DNA of 64,000 nucleotides from Lophium mytilinum (Eukaryota): the NCBI GenBank assembly GCA_010093605.1, contig MU004181.1:620001-684000 (forward strand), in the 5' to 3' direction. The stretch's first letter is position 1, and the number at the start of each line of letters is the position of its first letter. The position numbers and the translations under genes were made by a program. Positions 1 through 13,766 of the stretch are shown in pieces. The notes under the pieces were generated by a model. It saw nothing but the letters and a program-made list of their open reading frames with translations. It searched no databases and had not been told where the DNA came from.

Positions 1-639
1 CTGAAGATCCACGCGGACCCATACATGCTGTACCACGATTACAATTACGACTTCAACCTCCCCGAGCTTCTCATGGCCTCAGCCCCAGCGCTCGAGAGAC
101 TCGATGTCAACGGGGGCTGCCTCGTGTACGAACACGAGACAGCCATTGTCCCGTTCTGGACAGTGGCTAAGATGATGGACTTGGGCCCTCAGTGCATGAG
201 GTCGGTGACGCTCCGCAATGTGCGTATCAGCAACTTATGCCCGCCGTTCGGTACCTGGCTTGGTGGTACGATGCGTCAGCTCACCCTTGAGGGTGTCGCG
301 ATAGAGAGGGGCGCGAGGATCGCTTTAGAAATGTTAGCGACGTATCCGAGTCTGACGTCTATTTCTGTGCGCGCAATCTTCGATGTCGATCAGCGTAGCG
401 GAACGTGGCCGTGGGTGTTTGGGACGATAGATGAAGAGATGCTGTTGCGGGATTTCTTCTTCTTGGGGGCGCGGACTATGGAAGAGGGGCGCGAGATGTG
501 GCGGAAGAGAGAGATAAAGGTGGATGATGTTCCTGGCTCTGAGTACAATCGCGACTTGGTCGGATGGAAGTTCGAGGGGGAGGGTGTAGCGGCAGGGGTG
601 AAGTTCTTAGCAGAGAACGGTCGGAGACTGCAGAGGTAG
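1..639 (+). CDS. Hypothetical protein, 3' part (frame is open from base 1, so probably 5'-truncated by the window)
   Basis: 204-aa ORF with globular-like composition and LxxLxL-like segments; no family recognised. Confidence 0.55.
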   Translation: MKIHADPYMLYHDYNYDFNLPELLMASAPALERLDVNGGCLVYEHETAIVPFWTVAKMMDLGPQCMRSVTLRNVRISNLCPPFGTWLGGTMRQLTLEGVAIERGARIALEMLATYPSLTSISVRAIFDVDQRSGTWPWVFGTIDEEMLLRDFFFLGARTMEEGREMWRKREIKVDDVPGSEYNRDLVGWKFEGEGVAAGVKFLAENGRRLQR

Positions 640-3026
640 GTGCCTGCAGGGTGGCAGAATCGGCGAGGGTAAATGGTGTTTCTTCCATTTACACTTCGAA
701 GTGAGCGTTCCCACCCAGTCCCATCAGTCGGCCTCTCGAAATTTTTTATGATTCTTGAATGAGTAGCTAATAAGCCTAGACTCGGTCAGATATCCTCCTA
801 GCTTCCGAATTCTAAGCAGCGTTACTTGTTAGTTCTTTTTGGCCATCAACGAAGTATCGAGGTACAATACGTGAATTCCAAACGAGCCAATGTCATACCT
901 AAGTGCGTCAAAATTATAGGCTTTTTGCGAGTCCCTACGTCTAGGCGTACGCATACATCACCACTTGAATACTACTCTCAAGCTGTATAACTTTCTCAAC
1001 AGTAGCCCCTCAGTCAGGGGACGAGCCAGTGAAAAGGCGATTCAGTTTCGGATGCTAGAAAGTTGACATCGTACCGCACTCTTGAGTCCTATAGTAGTCG
1101 CGAATCAGTGCAGCAGATACTAAGGCTCTACTCTGTCAATTTTCAGGAGGTAGTGAAGCTTATTGTAAAAGGATAGATTGTAAGGACGGCGTGTGGCTCG
1201 AAAATCAACATACTCCATTCCCGTTACTTATGAATCAGTTTGCAAACTAGACTCCACTTTCAGGCATACATAGCCTAGCCGCTAAGAAGGCAGCCTATCA
1301 TAGATAAATCAAGGTCCGCATTTCAGAAGCAGACATAATGACTGGATGCTAAGATATCGCAGAGTGGCCAATAATCCGTCCGGACGACGGGTTTTGTTTG
1401 TGACATTTACATCTCCAGTTACTTCAGATCCAGTTACTTCAGACTCACCTTCAGGGAGGGCTTAGGAGCGATATCAACGTACCACCTGACTTCTTCGTTG
1501 ACCTCTCCTTTTCCTCTATACCCTCATCACCTCTCCCGAATTCAACAGGTACAGAGCTACTTTATCGCTTGCTACGAGACTTAACCCCAATCCCACTCCG
1601 AATCCTCCAATAAGCCCATTGAATCAACCCGTATACCCCCGCCGACCTGGCCCCCGAAATTAACTTACGCCTCCTACTACTATCTCTCTTTACACAGTAT
1701 TCAAACACAAGCTCCACACGCTCTCGGTCTGTTAGCTTCTACTTATAGCTATCAAAAGCACTATCCTATGACTATATACCATTCCCAAACTTCATTCTCC
1801 TCTTTTACTTTACCCCCTAACAAACTCCAACCTTTCCCCTTCTCACAACCCACTCTACGCGAGCTCCTAACCCCAATCTCATCCCTAGTCCCAGAACCAG
1901 CCCCCTCACCATCCTCCACGTCTCCACCGCCCCTCCCCCCTGCTCTCTCTCCACAATATACCCACATTTTAACCGCTCAACGCCCTCCAAGTAACCCACC
2001 CGCACCCCTCCTCTCTTCTCGCCGCTTCGACGCACCTCTCACACCCCCCTTACCCTGACCCCATAGCCTTCCAAGCCTAACCCGCTTATTCTCCACCCTC
2101 CACCCTCGCATCTCCTAACCCGCGCCCCTCAATCGCCAGCAGCCGTTAACCACCCCCAGCCCCTCCACCGTAGCCCCGTTCAACCCTCATAACCACATCA
2201 CAAACACATCTACCTCCCACCTTCCCACCATCTCACCACCCTCCAGCCTAACAAGAACTATAACCACGCACCAACTCCCCTCCCACACGTCCAGATCCCG
2301 CGTCGAAGCCAGCAAGACCGCATCTCGTACCGTTCAACGCAGAGGAAAGTCTTTTCTGACGTTCGAGGAGAGGAGTGAGGGAAACGGCTAAAGTTGAGCG
2401 CGAGTTGGGCGGCTGTGTGAGATTTGCGTATTAGATGGATGCTGTGACGGCAAAGGCTATAGTCTGGTGCGCTTGCGTGAAGGAGGCGGGGAAGGGGAAG
2501 GGGAGTGGATAGAGGAGTCGTGGGAGATGGTAGGCGGGAGAAAAGGGGGGGGAGCTGATGCTAAACAATGCCCAGGGTCCAAAAGGGTGAAGCAATAGAT
2601 GGTGTGATGGGTGAGGAGAGTGGGATGGGGGAGATAATGACCTTTTTCTGGTGAAGTCTTGGGAAGCCTGGATATCGCGACGATACCACCCCGATTCTGC
2701 CATAGGTGTGGCGGGGTTGAGGTACCCCCTTACATATCACGGGGCCGCCAAAGAACAAACACACGTAGGTAGATTGTGAAGTGTATCATTTCTTTTCTAT
2801 TTTTCATTTCTTGTTCTTTTCTTCCTTCTTGTTCGTACCAATCCTTCGATGATCGTAATATACACCCCCTTTCCTAAGCTGCCCAGAGGGTCTTATGCGC
2901 AGTTGCCTACTCGTATCAAAACACCCTACATGCAATGCAATGGTATCACCCATCCCCAATTGAAAACGCCTTGAACGAATGCGAGAATGGAGAATAAAGC
3001 CCCGGAGGTCAGGTCCCGGAGGAGGG

Positions 3027-3794
3027 TCACCGCACCATAACCAGCATACCCACGACTCCAATGAATAGAGCTAATATCCCCCTCGGTGCTTGCCGTGGCG
3101 AGTCCCCAGTAGCTTGCACATCAAACGGACTCCCACCACCAGACGACGAATTACTCAACTGCGACTTCCCCGACTTCTTAGGCGCTTCGGCGGTAGACGT
3201 GGATGTCGAACTCGATAAGCCGAAACTGGCTGTCGAGCTCGCCGTCGCAGCCGGCGCCGACGTCACCACCGCCGCCGACGACGACGCCGCAGCCTCCGAA
3301 CTCACAGCGCTGCTAACCGCCGTCGAAAGCGTGCTCGACGGCTTCGCAGGCGTCGCCGACGGATCCACGATGATCCCCGCACTCGAGCTCTCCGCTTTAC
3401 TGCTACTCCTACTACTACTACTCGAGCTAGTCTGCACCGCGGATGTGCTCTGCGCCGGCGCGTCACTCGACCCCACCGTCGTAACCACCGTATTACTACA
3501 CAACGCGGGAATGCCCTGGCCAAGTAAGAACACGCCGATGATGCTCGTCTCGGCGACGTCGACGTGGGCGCAGCTCGCAGCGACGGCTTTGGAGATGGCG
3601 ACGAGGCCGGCGATGCAGGCGGGGCTGCAGGTGGATTGGAAGTCGGTGGAGGCGCAGTTGGCGATGGGGGCGTTGTAGACTTTGTCGCAGGCGGGCGGGA
3701 GGGAGGAGATGCGCGGGGTGAAGCTGGAGAGGGCGATGGAGTCGGCGGAGGCGAGGGCGAGGAAGGTGGTGGGGAGGAGGTGGGGGAGGCGCAT
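3027..3794 (-). CDS. Secreted Cys-rich/Ser-Thr-rich, probably GPI-anchored cell-surface protein
   Basis: Signal peptide MRLPHLLPTTFLALASA, six-Cys N-terminal domain, Ser/Thr/Ala-rich stalk, GGGSPFD motif and hydrophobic C-terminus. Confidence 0.85.
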   Translation of the reverse strand: MRLPHLLPTTFLALASADSIALSSFTPRISSLPPACDKVYNAPIANCASTDFQSTCSPACIAGLVAISKAVAASCAHVDVAETSIIGVFLLGQGIPALCSNTVVTTVGSSDAPAQSTSAVQTSSSSSSRSSSKAESSSAGIIVDPSATPAKPSSTLSTAVSSAVSSEAAASSSAAVVTSAPAATASSTASFGLSSSTSTSTAEAPKKSGKSQLSNSSSGGGSPFDVQATGDSPRQAPRGILALFIGVVGMLVMVR

Positions 3795-5642
3795 TGTGGT
3801 TTTGTGGGGTGTTTATGTTGGTTGTAGAGGTGGTGTTGGTGGGTGGTTGAGGCCGCGCTGCGGTGGTGATGCGATGCGTGGTATGCAGCAATTGTATCGA
3901 AGTCGAGATGTAAAGAAAGCGTGAGCGAAAGTAGAGTGGTCCTCGTGTTGTCGTACAGGTCCCGGTCGGCGTGGTGGTGAGACGGGGCGTGTCTGAAGTG
4001 TGATGGGTTTGCGTCAGGTGGCGGGCACGCGCAGCTGGAACGGAGGGGATAGCGAGGTTGGAGAATGCAGTGCAATGCCAGTGCCGCAAGGAATCAATCA
4101 ATGACGCAAGAGTGGAAGAGACAGAAACACGAGACTGGCGCAGCGGTGGAGTACTGCAGCTCAAACACAACTGTCGAGGACGAAGGATGGAGATGCGCGA
4201 CGGCGGCAAAGGAAGGTGAAAAGAGAGAGTTCGAGGTCAAGCACCAGGCCTGCAAGGGATTACTCGAGGTTTAAAGAGGCGGTACAAGAAAGAGAGGGAG
4301 GAGAAGAGAAGAAGGGGCGGTGTCGGTCAAGCACAGGAGATCACGGCCATCGTCATGGTACAAAGTCAGTTCGGGCCTCTGCGGGGGGTTGATGGACGAC
4401 GCGGTCGGGGCTATCACGACCTTATGGGGGCGGATCGACTCTAGCCGGCTGCGTTTGGCGCCGTCAGGGTCAGCGCCCAGGCCAAAGCTGGCGTCTCAGT
4501 GCTGTTTTGGGGCTGGCCAGTCAATATTATTGCGGTTAAGAGCCGGCGATGAAACACGGGGTCAGGGCGCGTTGATGTCATGATAGGCCCGGGGCGCTGG
4601 CTGAGGCCCCTGGGGCGTTTGCCGTGACAGGAGGCGCATCCACCCACCGACGGTACCTTACATTCAACAGGAAGACAGTAATTCAGCTGGCCCTCGTGAG
4701 GGCTGAAAGCAATATAGGCGTAAGCGTTTGTGTTTCTCACAATTCGCATCGCGAAAGTAATCCATGAATTCATGAATCCCGAGCCGCAGCCTCGTGTTCG
4801 CGCACGCTAGTCGCCTCGGCCCGGGCAGCGGCCAGGCCTTATTTTTGGCGCTGCAGCTTGCACAGTCAGCATCAGCAGTGTCCAAATATATCACGAGCCC
4901 GATCAACTCGGATGACTGACGACTTCTCTATCTACATCTGCTCCATCGTCGCGGCGGCCAGCCGGGCCTGTTTCTCTTCGATTGATTCTGTGGGGTCGCT
5001 TCATGCACCGGATCCTGCGCGTGCCCTCCGAGCCAGATGAGAGCAGAATGGGGAGACGGGCATGGATGGGTGTTTGTAATGATACGAGGAGGATTGGAGG
5101 GGACGTTGGGTGGCTTGTTTGGGTGAGATGTGGCATCAGACGTTTACCCGTTTTCTCTCGCCATAATATAACCGTGAGTCCGGGTGCGCAACGAAACGCT
5201 GACGATATTGACTCAGGTTAAGCTTCTGAGTTAGGGAAAAAATTAAGAGCTCCGCCGCAAACTAAGGTTCTTGTTAAAGCCTAATGGTGTCTCTCCTGTC
5301 CCTGCATGAGGCACAGGTAAAGTATATTCTAACTCCATTTCGTCGGATTCAACCGGAAGGATTCCATTTCACAGAATTCGTCGCCGCATCCATCCATCGA
5401 TTTCATGTAGTTTCACCCGAGTCAATATCTCATTAATCAAAAGCAGCTTGAAGAGAAACGACTCCACCATCGCATCGGTAACCTCATCTGGCCCCATGTG
5501 TATTCATCATCGCGTCATCAAAGATGGCTTATCCGATGACAGATGAGACATACCCATACATCACTCCATACCTCATCTCCTCCCAAAGTCTATCTCACTT
5601 CTCTATCCAGCTGTCTCAATCACCCTTTACCCCTATTCCACC

Positions 5643-6937
5643 CTACTCCTCCATGACAAGCACACTCCTAAACCTAACCTTCCCACTCGTAACCCTCTCC
5701 ACCGCCTCCTCCACCTTCTCAAACGGAAACTTCTCCACCATACACTCGACCCCCTGGTTCTCCGCAAACGCAATCGCCTCCTCCGAATCCAACGCATGCC
5801 CCGACGGCCACCCATGCACCGAAATCCCCTTCATAATCATCGTCACCGTATTCACCGGCACCTCGCCAACAGCTGCCACATATTAGCACAACCCCTCATT
5901 CAATAATGTAGGGCGAGAATCGCAGCGTAAGGGTTGGAGAATACTCACGCGTCAAAACCACAACCTTGCCCCCCGCCGCACACCCCCCCACCAACCCCGT
6001 AATCACCTTCGGATTCGGCGCCGTCACCACCACACACGCCGCGCCGCCCAGGTTCTGCAGCGCCTCGGCCGCATCCTCCTTGCTCGTATCGATGTACTCG
6101 TTCGCGCCTAGTTTGAGCGCGAAATCCCGCTTCGCGTCCGACGACGAGAGCGCCACGGTGCGGTAGCCCATCTTTCGACTATATTGGAGAGCTAGATGCC
6201 CGAGGCCCCCGAGCCCCTGGATCGCCACGATATCGCCGGCTGCGACGTTCATGCGCCGGATCGAGTTGAAGACGGTGATGCCGGCGCAGAGGAGGGGCGC
6301 GTAGGCGGCGGGGTCGGCGGAGGCGGGGATGCGCACGACGGCTTCGGTGCGGAGGGTGCAGTATTCGGCGTCTGAAGGTACATTGCGTTAGTTTCATAAA
6401 GGTACAAGTACCAGCCAATTGCTCTCGCTAACTCAGGGCATGGGACTCTGCGTCCACCCCCGGGTCTACGTTAAATAGAAAAGGGAACTCACATCCCCCA
6501 TTCCGCGTAACCCCATTCACAGCCTCATTATCGCACATCTGGAACAACCCCCGGTTACACGCCTTACACGTCCCATCGTGTCCGCCGTGCCATGGCCCGC
6601 CGACTTTGTCGCCGATCTGAAATTTCGTGACGCCCGCGCCGAGGGAGACGACTTTGCCGATGACTTCGTGGCCGGGGGTTATGGGGAAGCTGGCCCTGCA
6701 AGAACGTTAGGGAACTGCTTCTGGGAAGAGAGAAAGTAGGATGGGTAGAGGGGCCTACATTTCCCCAAAATGCCCCTGCTGCAGTGAGATGTCGGACTGA
6801 CAAACTCCACACGCGAGGACTTTAATCAGCACCTCACCCTCTTTTGGGGTTGGGGTGTCGACGTCTTTGATTGTCCAGGGCGCGTTTGGGCCCTCTATAA
6901 CGACGGCGCGGGAGGTTTTGGGGATAGAAGGAGCCAT
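5643..6937 (-). CDS. Zinc-dependent alcohol dehydrogenase (MDR/GroES-like)
   Basis: Exons 6937-6759, 6695-6493, 6371-5949 and 5872-5643 join in frame with GT-AG introns. Motifs GVCQSD, PGHE, APLLCAGIT, GLGGLG. Confidence 0.93.
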
Positions 6938-7134
6938 GTCTTTCAATTAAAGCTTGAGTAAGTAAGTAAGATAGGGTCAATTAATGTGGTAAAGCTGTAG
7001 ACAAGAGAGATTGAGTTATGGCGGGGTAGCTATTTTATCTATTATATTTCCTTTCCTCGGAGCCTTTATCTCCTACATACGTCAACGATTCATGATGATT
7101 TCAAAGAATTGGGTACCTGGGCCCCACTTTAAAA

Positions 7135-7185
7135 CTCCTAGACTCCTGGGCGCAAGACTCCTAGACTCCGAGGCTCCTAGACTCC
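7135..7185 (+). repeat. Three copies of CTCCTAGACTCC in the divergent ADH/hydrolase intergenic region
   Basis: Copies at 7135, 7158 and 7174. Confidence 0.7.
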
Positions 7186-7773
7186 GGGGGCCGAGGCTTG
7201 GGTCGGCTGGGAAGCTTCATGGGGAATGTAGATTCGGAAATTTGCTTTTTGTGGCAAGATGGTTGATGATTAGGGCAGACGGGGCGTTTGTGGCGTGTGA
7301 TGATGTATGACGTCGCTGGGATTGGGAGAAGGTTGCAGCTTGAGATGGGGGGTTTGCTGCGGAGGTTATAGCTTTTGGAGGTTCGATAGAATAGATAGTT
7401 ATTTGGGTGATAGGAAGATAGAGAAGTACCCTTGCGGGTTGATTTTGAGTATGCTGTCGTCGTAAATATAGCTCTCTCCATAGCTCTTTACATAAACGCA
7501 TTGCACCCACAAAGGAGTGCATGCACCTAAAAATTTCACAATCCTAATTTCAGACCCTTCCATATCCATTTCTCCCAATCTAACCCCGTCTCATCCCATG
7601 AACCCTAATATTTTGATTCCATCCAATCCTAAAGCTGCACCACTCACCCCCGCGGCGAGCCCCGCCAATCTCACGCCAAGCCCCACCCCAGCAAGCGCGC
7701 CCGATCTCACCACGTCGACCCGCCCGACCGCGTCTTCCATCTCCGCAATGCAGGAACACAGTCGAGGCCCGCC

Positions 7774-9337
7774 ATGAAGAAGACGCTACTGCTATGCTTC
7801 ATCCACGGATTCAAGGTGCGCAAATCTCTCTAGCCTATCTTCTCGGTACTGGCTGCGCTCCCCACCCTGCTGCCAGCTGAGCGCGGAGGTCTCGAGGTCC
7901 ACTCCCGAAGAACTCACTTCGCTATTCTACTCACAAGCTTGCGATCTTCGCTGATGTGGGATATAGGGCGGCGACGACACCTTCGGAAACTTCCCTTCTC
8001 ACCTCAAAGCGATCCTCCAACATGCGCTCCCCAAGGTTGAGGTGCTGGCGATTACGTATCCGAAGTTTGAGACACGGGGGGATCTAAAGGAGTGTGTGGC
8101 TAGGTTCAAGGAATGGTATGTCAAATACTCTCGATATCTGGAGATGGGAGGCTGTATCGCAATATCAAGTCACGGAGGCTAACAATTTCAAATCTCCAGG
8201 CTCCAAAACAAAGTCATAGACCTCGAAGTCGCCTCCTCAACCCCCTCCCCCACCGTCGACCCCTCCGTGCACACCATCCTCATCGGCCACAGCATGGGCG
8301 GCATCGTCGCCGCCGAAACCCTCCTCTCCATCACGCGCGAACAACCCATCCACTCCCCCTCCGCCTCCATGTCCAACACCACCTCCTCCACAAACCCCTC
8401 CGACTCCACCCATTCCCTCCCCGACGCCTCCACCCTCATGTTCCCCTACATAACCGCCCTCCTCGCCTTCGACACCCCCTACCTCGGCATCTCCCCCGGC
8501 GTCGTCGCCCACGGCGCCGAAGGCCACTGGAACACCGCCAAAACCGCCGCCTCGTGGTACACCTCCCTCAGCTCCGCCTTCACCTCCGCCGCCCCGGAGA
8601 CCTCCGCCGTCGAAGCCTCCAAAATGCTCCCCGCCGCCGCCGCAACCTCAGACGCCACCGTCGACGTCGCCGCCGCGCCCCTCTGGCAACGCTACGGCCG
8701 CGTCGCGCTTTTCGCCGGCGCGGCGGGTGCTGTCGCCGCGGGTGGTGCCGCCGCCTACATGAAGCGCGACGACCTCAGCAGCGGCTGGCAATGGGTCGGC
8801 TCGCACCTTGAATTCGTGGGCGCACTCGCCCGCGGTGCCGAGCTCGAAGCGCGGCTCGCCGCCGTCGTTAAACTCAACGAGTCACAGCGTATCGGCTTCG
8901 CGAATATCTACACCGCGCTCGGCCGCGCGGTCGAAACCTCTGCTGCCTCCAACGCCGGGGGTTACAGCTACGCGAAGCAGATCAGCGGGCCGAGTCGCAC
9001 GTTTTGTAATCTGCCGAAGAAGGATCTGGAGACGGGAAAGTTTTTCGTGAAGTCAGTGAATGATAAGGCGAGGGATGAGGCCGGGGCGCATATGGGCATG
9101 TTTGAGCCGCGGAATAATCCGGGGTATTATGGGATGAGTGAGCGGGCGAAGGAGTTGGTTTGTGGGTGGGTGCTTGGGGGGAGTTGGTATGAGGAGGCGA
9201 CGGGGTGGGGGAGGGGGGTTGCGTTGGAGGAGGAGGGGGTGGTTGTGGATCTGGAGCAGGAGGATGGGGATGAGGGGGTGGGGACGGAGGAGGGTGGGGA
9301 GGGCTTTGTGGATTTGAAGGGGAGTGTGAGGATGTAG
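7774..9337 (+). CDS. Alpha/beta-hydrolase (DUF676/lipase-like serine esterase)
   Basis: Start MKKTLLLCFIHGFK at 7774; two GT-AG introns (~7816-7965, ~8116-8199); nucleophile elbow GHSMGG and AFDTPYLG motif. Confidence 0.88.
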
Positions 9338-10312
9338 AGGGTGTGTATAGGAAACGGCTGATTTCATGAATCTCATATGGGTGGCTGGCGTTTGGCATCA
9401 AGCTGTGGTATACCCGCCTTCATTAGCATAAGAAATGAGTACACAATCTCCACCATCTCTCTCCTTCGTCCTCATATTTTCCCAATTAGCTAAACCGATC
9501 CCGAATACTCCATCCAAAAGGGGAGAAAACGACGTAAACGCCAGAACGCGCGAAACCATCACAGAACCCGAACACCATTACCCAACCCTCCACTCCCTCA
9601 AGGCACCTCGGGCAGTTGCACGATCCAAGAAAAGTCAACGCAATCACTTCCACGCGATTTGAAGGCCCCGGCAAAACAAAAACGCTACCACAGCCGATAT
9701 CCGACCTGGTAAACACCAGCCGAAAAGCACGTCAAAGTCCTCATAGTCGCAAAAAGCGCACAGATCGGTTTAATTCGAAGAGCCGGACTAGACGTACACA
9801 CCCCCGCCCTCGATACCAGGCCTCATATCGAGTGCCAGTGACCGCGTCTTTGCTGGGTTGAGGCAACCCTGACAGCCGCAAGACCTGGCCAAGCTATTAG
9901 CGCTGCCGGGCAATTTGAGGGGTGGAGGAGGGTGGGAGGGTTTTACTCGTGAGATTAGGCCTGATTTCCGACGGCAGTGGCTGGCTGGTTGTTTTGTTGA
10001 GGCACATCCGATAGGCGTGGTATCTAGTGAGGTGGACGGTGGATGCTTGACTGGTCGGGTGCGTGGTTGGGGCATCCGCGAGGGTGGTGAAGGGTGATAG
10101 ATGCAGGAGCAGGGAAGGTTTGGTTTTTATGCAGGATGTAGGATAGTTGCGTCCAGCGGTGTGGTAGGAAAAGGGGATGAGATTGTTTGGACCGAGATGG
10201 AATGAGATGCTGGGAAATAAAATGGGATAAATCTGGTCAAAAGGGGAATGATCGAGTTTTTCGAATACGAAATGGGATGAGAGTAACCGAAACTGGTGGG
10301 AATGGCCAAACG

Positions 10313-13300
10313 CTAGAAGGGATAGAAAGTGTAAAGAATCGTCGTAGATAAGGTAATAGTTATGAAGATGAGCGACAAGATTCGACGCCATTCCGTTAAA
10401 GCGTTCAGAATGTTTCTGATAGTACCTCCAGCGTCCGCAGAAGCGTCTTTTGAAGGAATGCCATCGCCGCTACGGTCAATCTCATCAAATTCATAGTCCC
10501 ACCCTATTTCGAAGTCAGACTTGTCACTTCCTGCGCCGTCCGCTGAGGTGGCGATACGAAAATCATATTCTCTCCAGCCTTTCAGGTTGGTTGGAAACGT
10601 AGCGTTGAGATGATACTTTCTAGATCCTTCTGCGTAGACAGCTTCGCTGAGATCGAGAGGTTCAATCTTCCGAGCCTCAATTTCCCAGCTTTCGGCTTGC
10701 TCGAAGAACGCGATGCACTCTTGGTCGCCAGATTCTTTAACAACATCGAGCGCCGTTTTCTCGTTGTCGTTTTTGCGATGCCTATCAGCCCCATTCTCGA
10801 CTAGAATTCGATAGACATCTTTCATAATATCGAGATTGTGTGGTATTTGCTCTTTCGAGCGAAAGACAGCCGAGATTGCCATGCAATGCAGTAGCGTGTC
10901 TCCTTTCTTGTTGACCACTTCAGCCCGTGCGCCACAGCTGAGCAGGGTTCTGATAACATCAGGCTCGAGTTCGGGGGTGCCAGCCCTGCGATATAGGGCG
11001 CAATAAAGAACGGATCCGCCCTCGCTATCGACTGATTCCACGGATGCAAAGTTCTGCACAAGATAGCGGACGATGTGGTCGTGTCCCCAAACAGCTGCTA
11101 CGCGGAGAGGGTTCATCCACTGGTTCCCCCATTTGTTAACATCCGCACCGTGGTTAATCAATATTTGGACCTTGTCGAATCGGCCTTTCTCACACGCAAG
11201 CATGAGAGGAGTGACTTCCCCACAGGCTAGATTGACGTCGGCGCCATGGTCGAGCAAGGGAATGAGAACGTAGCCGATAGAAAAACGATCATGCCTTCTA
11301 AAGGGAGAAGGGGATATACTGTCGATTCCGTAGTAAAGAGGAGTGAATCCGGCCATGTCTCGTGCGTTGGGATCCGCTCCATGTCGGATTAGTAGTTTCG
11401 TGATCCCGAAATACCTCCAGCCAGCTGCACGGTGGAGGAGCGTATCTTGTGACTCGAACGTCGCAGTAACGAGTTGTTCGCCTTCTCGTGAGCCTTCTAT
11501 CAAGGCTCTCGCTACTTCCACTAGACCGAGACCACATGCCGCGTATAGCATCCTTGCGATACCGGTTTCCGGGACGTTGTCAGGCCAAAAATGCTCCCAT
11601 ACTGACCGCAGCTCGTCGTTCTTCGCCATATTAAAAAAGACCTGGGTTAGCGCCCGACTAGATTCCATGCCAGGATCTCTGACGTGGTTTGGAAAATTCC
11701 CCAAGATGTACCATATCAGTGGGAAAGCTGACTGGATATCAGACGCAACTTTCGGTTCTTCTTGAAGCAGTTCACAAACGTGATAGAGGTACGAGACGCA
11801 AGCCTTATCTACGAACCTTCTTCCATCAATGCCGCGTATTCGAAAACCGCCAGATTCCTGTGATTTAAGGTACTCTTTGACGGAAAAGTGAGCTAGTCGA
11901 ATGGTTGCGTCAGTACTAGGCTCGCTTGTGACGAGGGCGCCCAAAATTTCGCGAATATGTTCTCCGCCTCTGAGCAGTCTATTGTCTACCTCGAACGATA
12001 CGTGCGCACGTGGGTCCACTACGGAAGCTTCGGCGAGCTCATCAGCGGTCAAATCTCGATCCGACGACATAAGCCACATGAGAGCTCGGTAAGCGAAATG
12101 TGTATCTTCTTTCAATATAGCCTGTAAGATTCGAGCATACGTCTCGCGGAGATCCAAAGGAAGGTCGCGCAACGCAGCGTCAATCTGCGGTAGGGTTTTG
12201 CATCTGCGAAGGGTCGTAATCTGACAGTATGCCCACCGGAACCTTCGCTCGCTGTTAACTTTCAAAGCTCGTTGCGGATCATACGTACACTTACATGCCA
12301 TTGGCCTTCTCGGTAAGAGTCCTCTCAACTCTCATTGCTACCTTTGGCGCCAGCTTTCCCAGAGTCTTGTCTTCTCTTATTTGTGTGGACACATAGCACG
12401 AGATGTCGGACTTCATTTGCTCGTTATCGATCGATACTTCTGGGATGGTCAACCACGGCTCCTTCAGAGCCTCCACGATGTCTGTCTCCCTACGACTGGT
12501 GATGAGTGTATGCATCTTAGAGTTCGTCCAACCTGATATAGCCCTGATTGTTTCCAGAACCTTCTGCCGTACGTCTTTCTTCGCCGGTGCCTCGTCAACG
12601 GCATCGATAACGAGGAACACATCTTCCACGTTTTTCATCTCTCGATCTATAATACGATGCAAGCATACAAGTAAGTCTGGCAACGATGGTTCAATCTTTC
12701 CACAGGAATGCTTTTCAAAGAGGTCCGCCAATGCTTCGGGGAAATCGTTGAGTGAATGTACGAGCTGCTGGATCAGGGACGCAACAAAGTTGTCCGCATT
12801 GCGGTCCGATGAGAAATCGAAGTAGAAATGTATGGTAATACTTCGAGTGTTCGTCTTACAATGCTCCAGCAGATGCTCAATCGCAGTAGAGCTGGCGAGC
12901 TCGTTATCGCCTTGTAGAGGATGGCATATCGAACCGAAGGAGGATGGATGTAACAATAGAGAACGAACGAACTCACCTTAGTATAGTCTTACCGCAACCA
13001 ACTGCCTGTAGTTAGTCTAGAGGTCCAGCCATCGAGGGTACGGAGCGGCTACTTACGCATTCCACTGAGCCACATAACAGAGCCTCTCGTCGTTTTCCAT
13101 TTTGAGAACTCTTCCAATTGAAACAGCCAATCTCCTGTTCCGGCTTGATGCTTTCGGCGAGCTTCCTTGTGGTTTACGGAAGTGTCAACAGCAGGGATCC
13201 ATTTGAGCATCTTTTGAAGTAGATTCTCCCGTTCCTTGATCGCAATATCGTCGCGAATCATTGTTGCGACACGATTCGTGTCTAGAGAAACAGTCCTGCC

Positions 13301-13766
13301 AGATGGTAAGCGGTAGGAAAGAGGACAATGAATAGACTTACAAGTTGTCACTCCCCAACGCCATTACGAGGCTCTCCCTATGGCTTCCAATAGTGTTGAT
13401 ACCATTCTCCATATCCTCTTTCTTGAGCGGCCAGTCCAGATTCTTCAACCAAGAATGCTTCTCCTTACGGTCACCTTGTTTAGCGAGCTTTGCGAGAAGG
13501 TCAGTCAACAATTCTGCGCATTCATCCCGTGGACCACCATCTTGCATCCATTCCGCAAGTATTGGCACTTTGCCTGCGTCTGATGAGGTCGCCAATGCGT
13601 TAAGCGCCTTCAAAGCGGTATTGAAAACACCTGCATGGTCCCGAAGGGTTTTGATTTCATTCGAAGCGCCCTTGACTGTCTGGTAGTAGGCGTCGCATGC
13701 CTCGAACAGTCTGAGTGAGAGCTCTGCAACGGCCAAAATCGCACTGCCTGTGCCGAGGACTTCCAT
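10313..13766 (-). CDS. NLR-1: HeLo-like N-terminal domain + NACHT + ankyrin repeats + C-terminal hydrophobic helix
   Basis: Exons 13766-13342, 13295-13057, 13001-12977, 12891-12295, 12242-10313. Motifs GTGDW, P-loop GMLGCGKT, Walker B LVIDAVDE, ITSR, GMFRW, AHFSVKEYL, ankyrin TPL/GADVN repeats. Confidence 0.9.

Noticed and set aside
1414..1443. 15-bp tandem duplication TCCAGTTACTTCAGA
   Set aside because: Only two copies; ordinary slippage event.
1700..2400. Pro-rich ORF 1768-2058 and surrounding C-rich tract
   Set aside because: Fragmented by stops with no recognisable domain; at most a decayed gene.
3061..4209. Long overlapping ORFs around the GPI-protein gene (and similar ones at 8113, 33664, 45264, 46382)
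   Set aside because: Shadow ORFs caused by codon bias and GC skew of the real genes.
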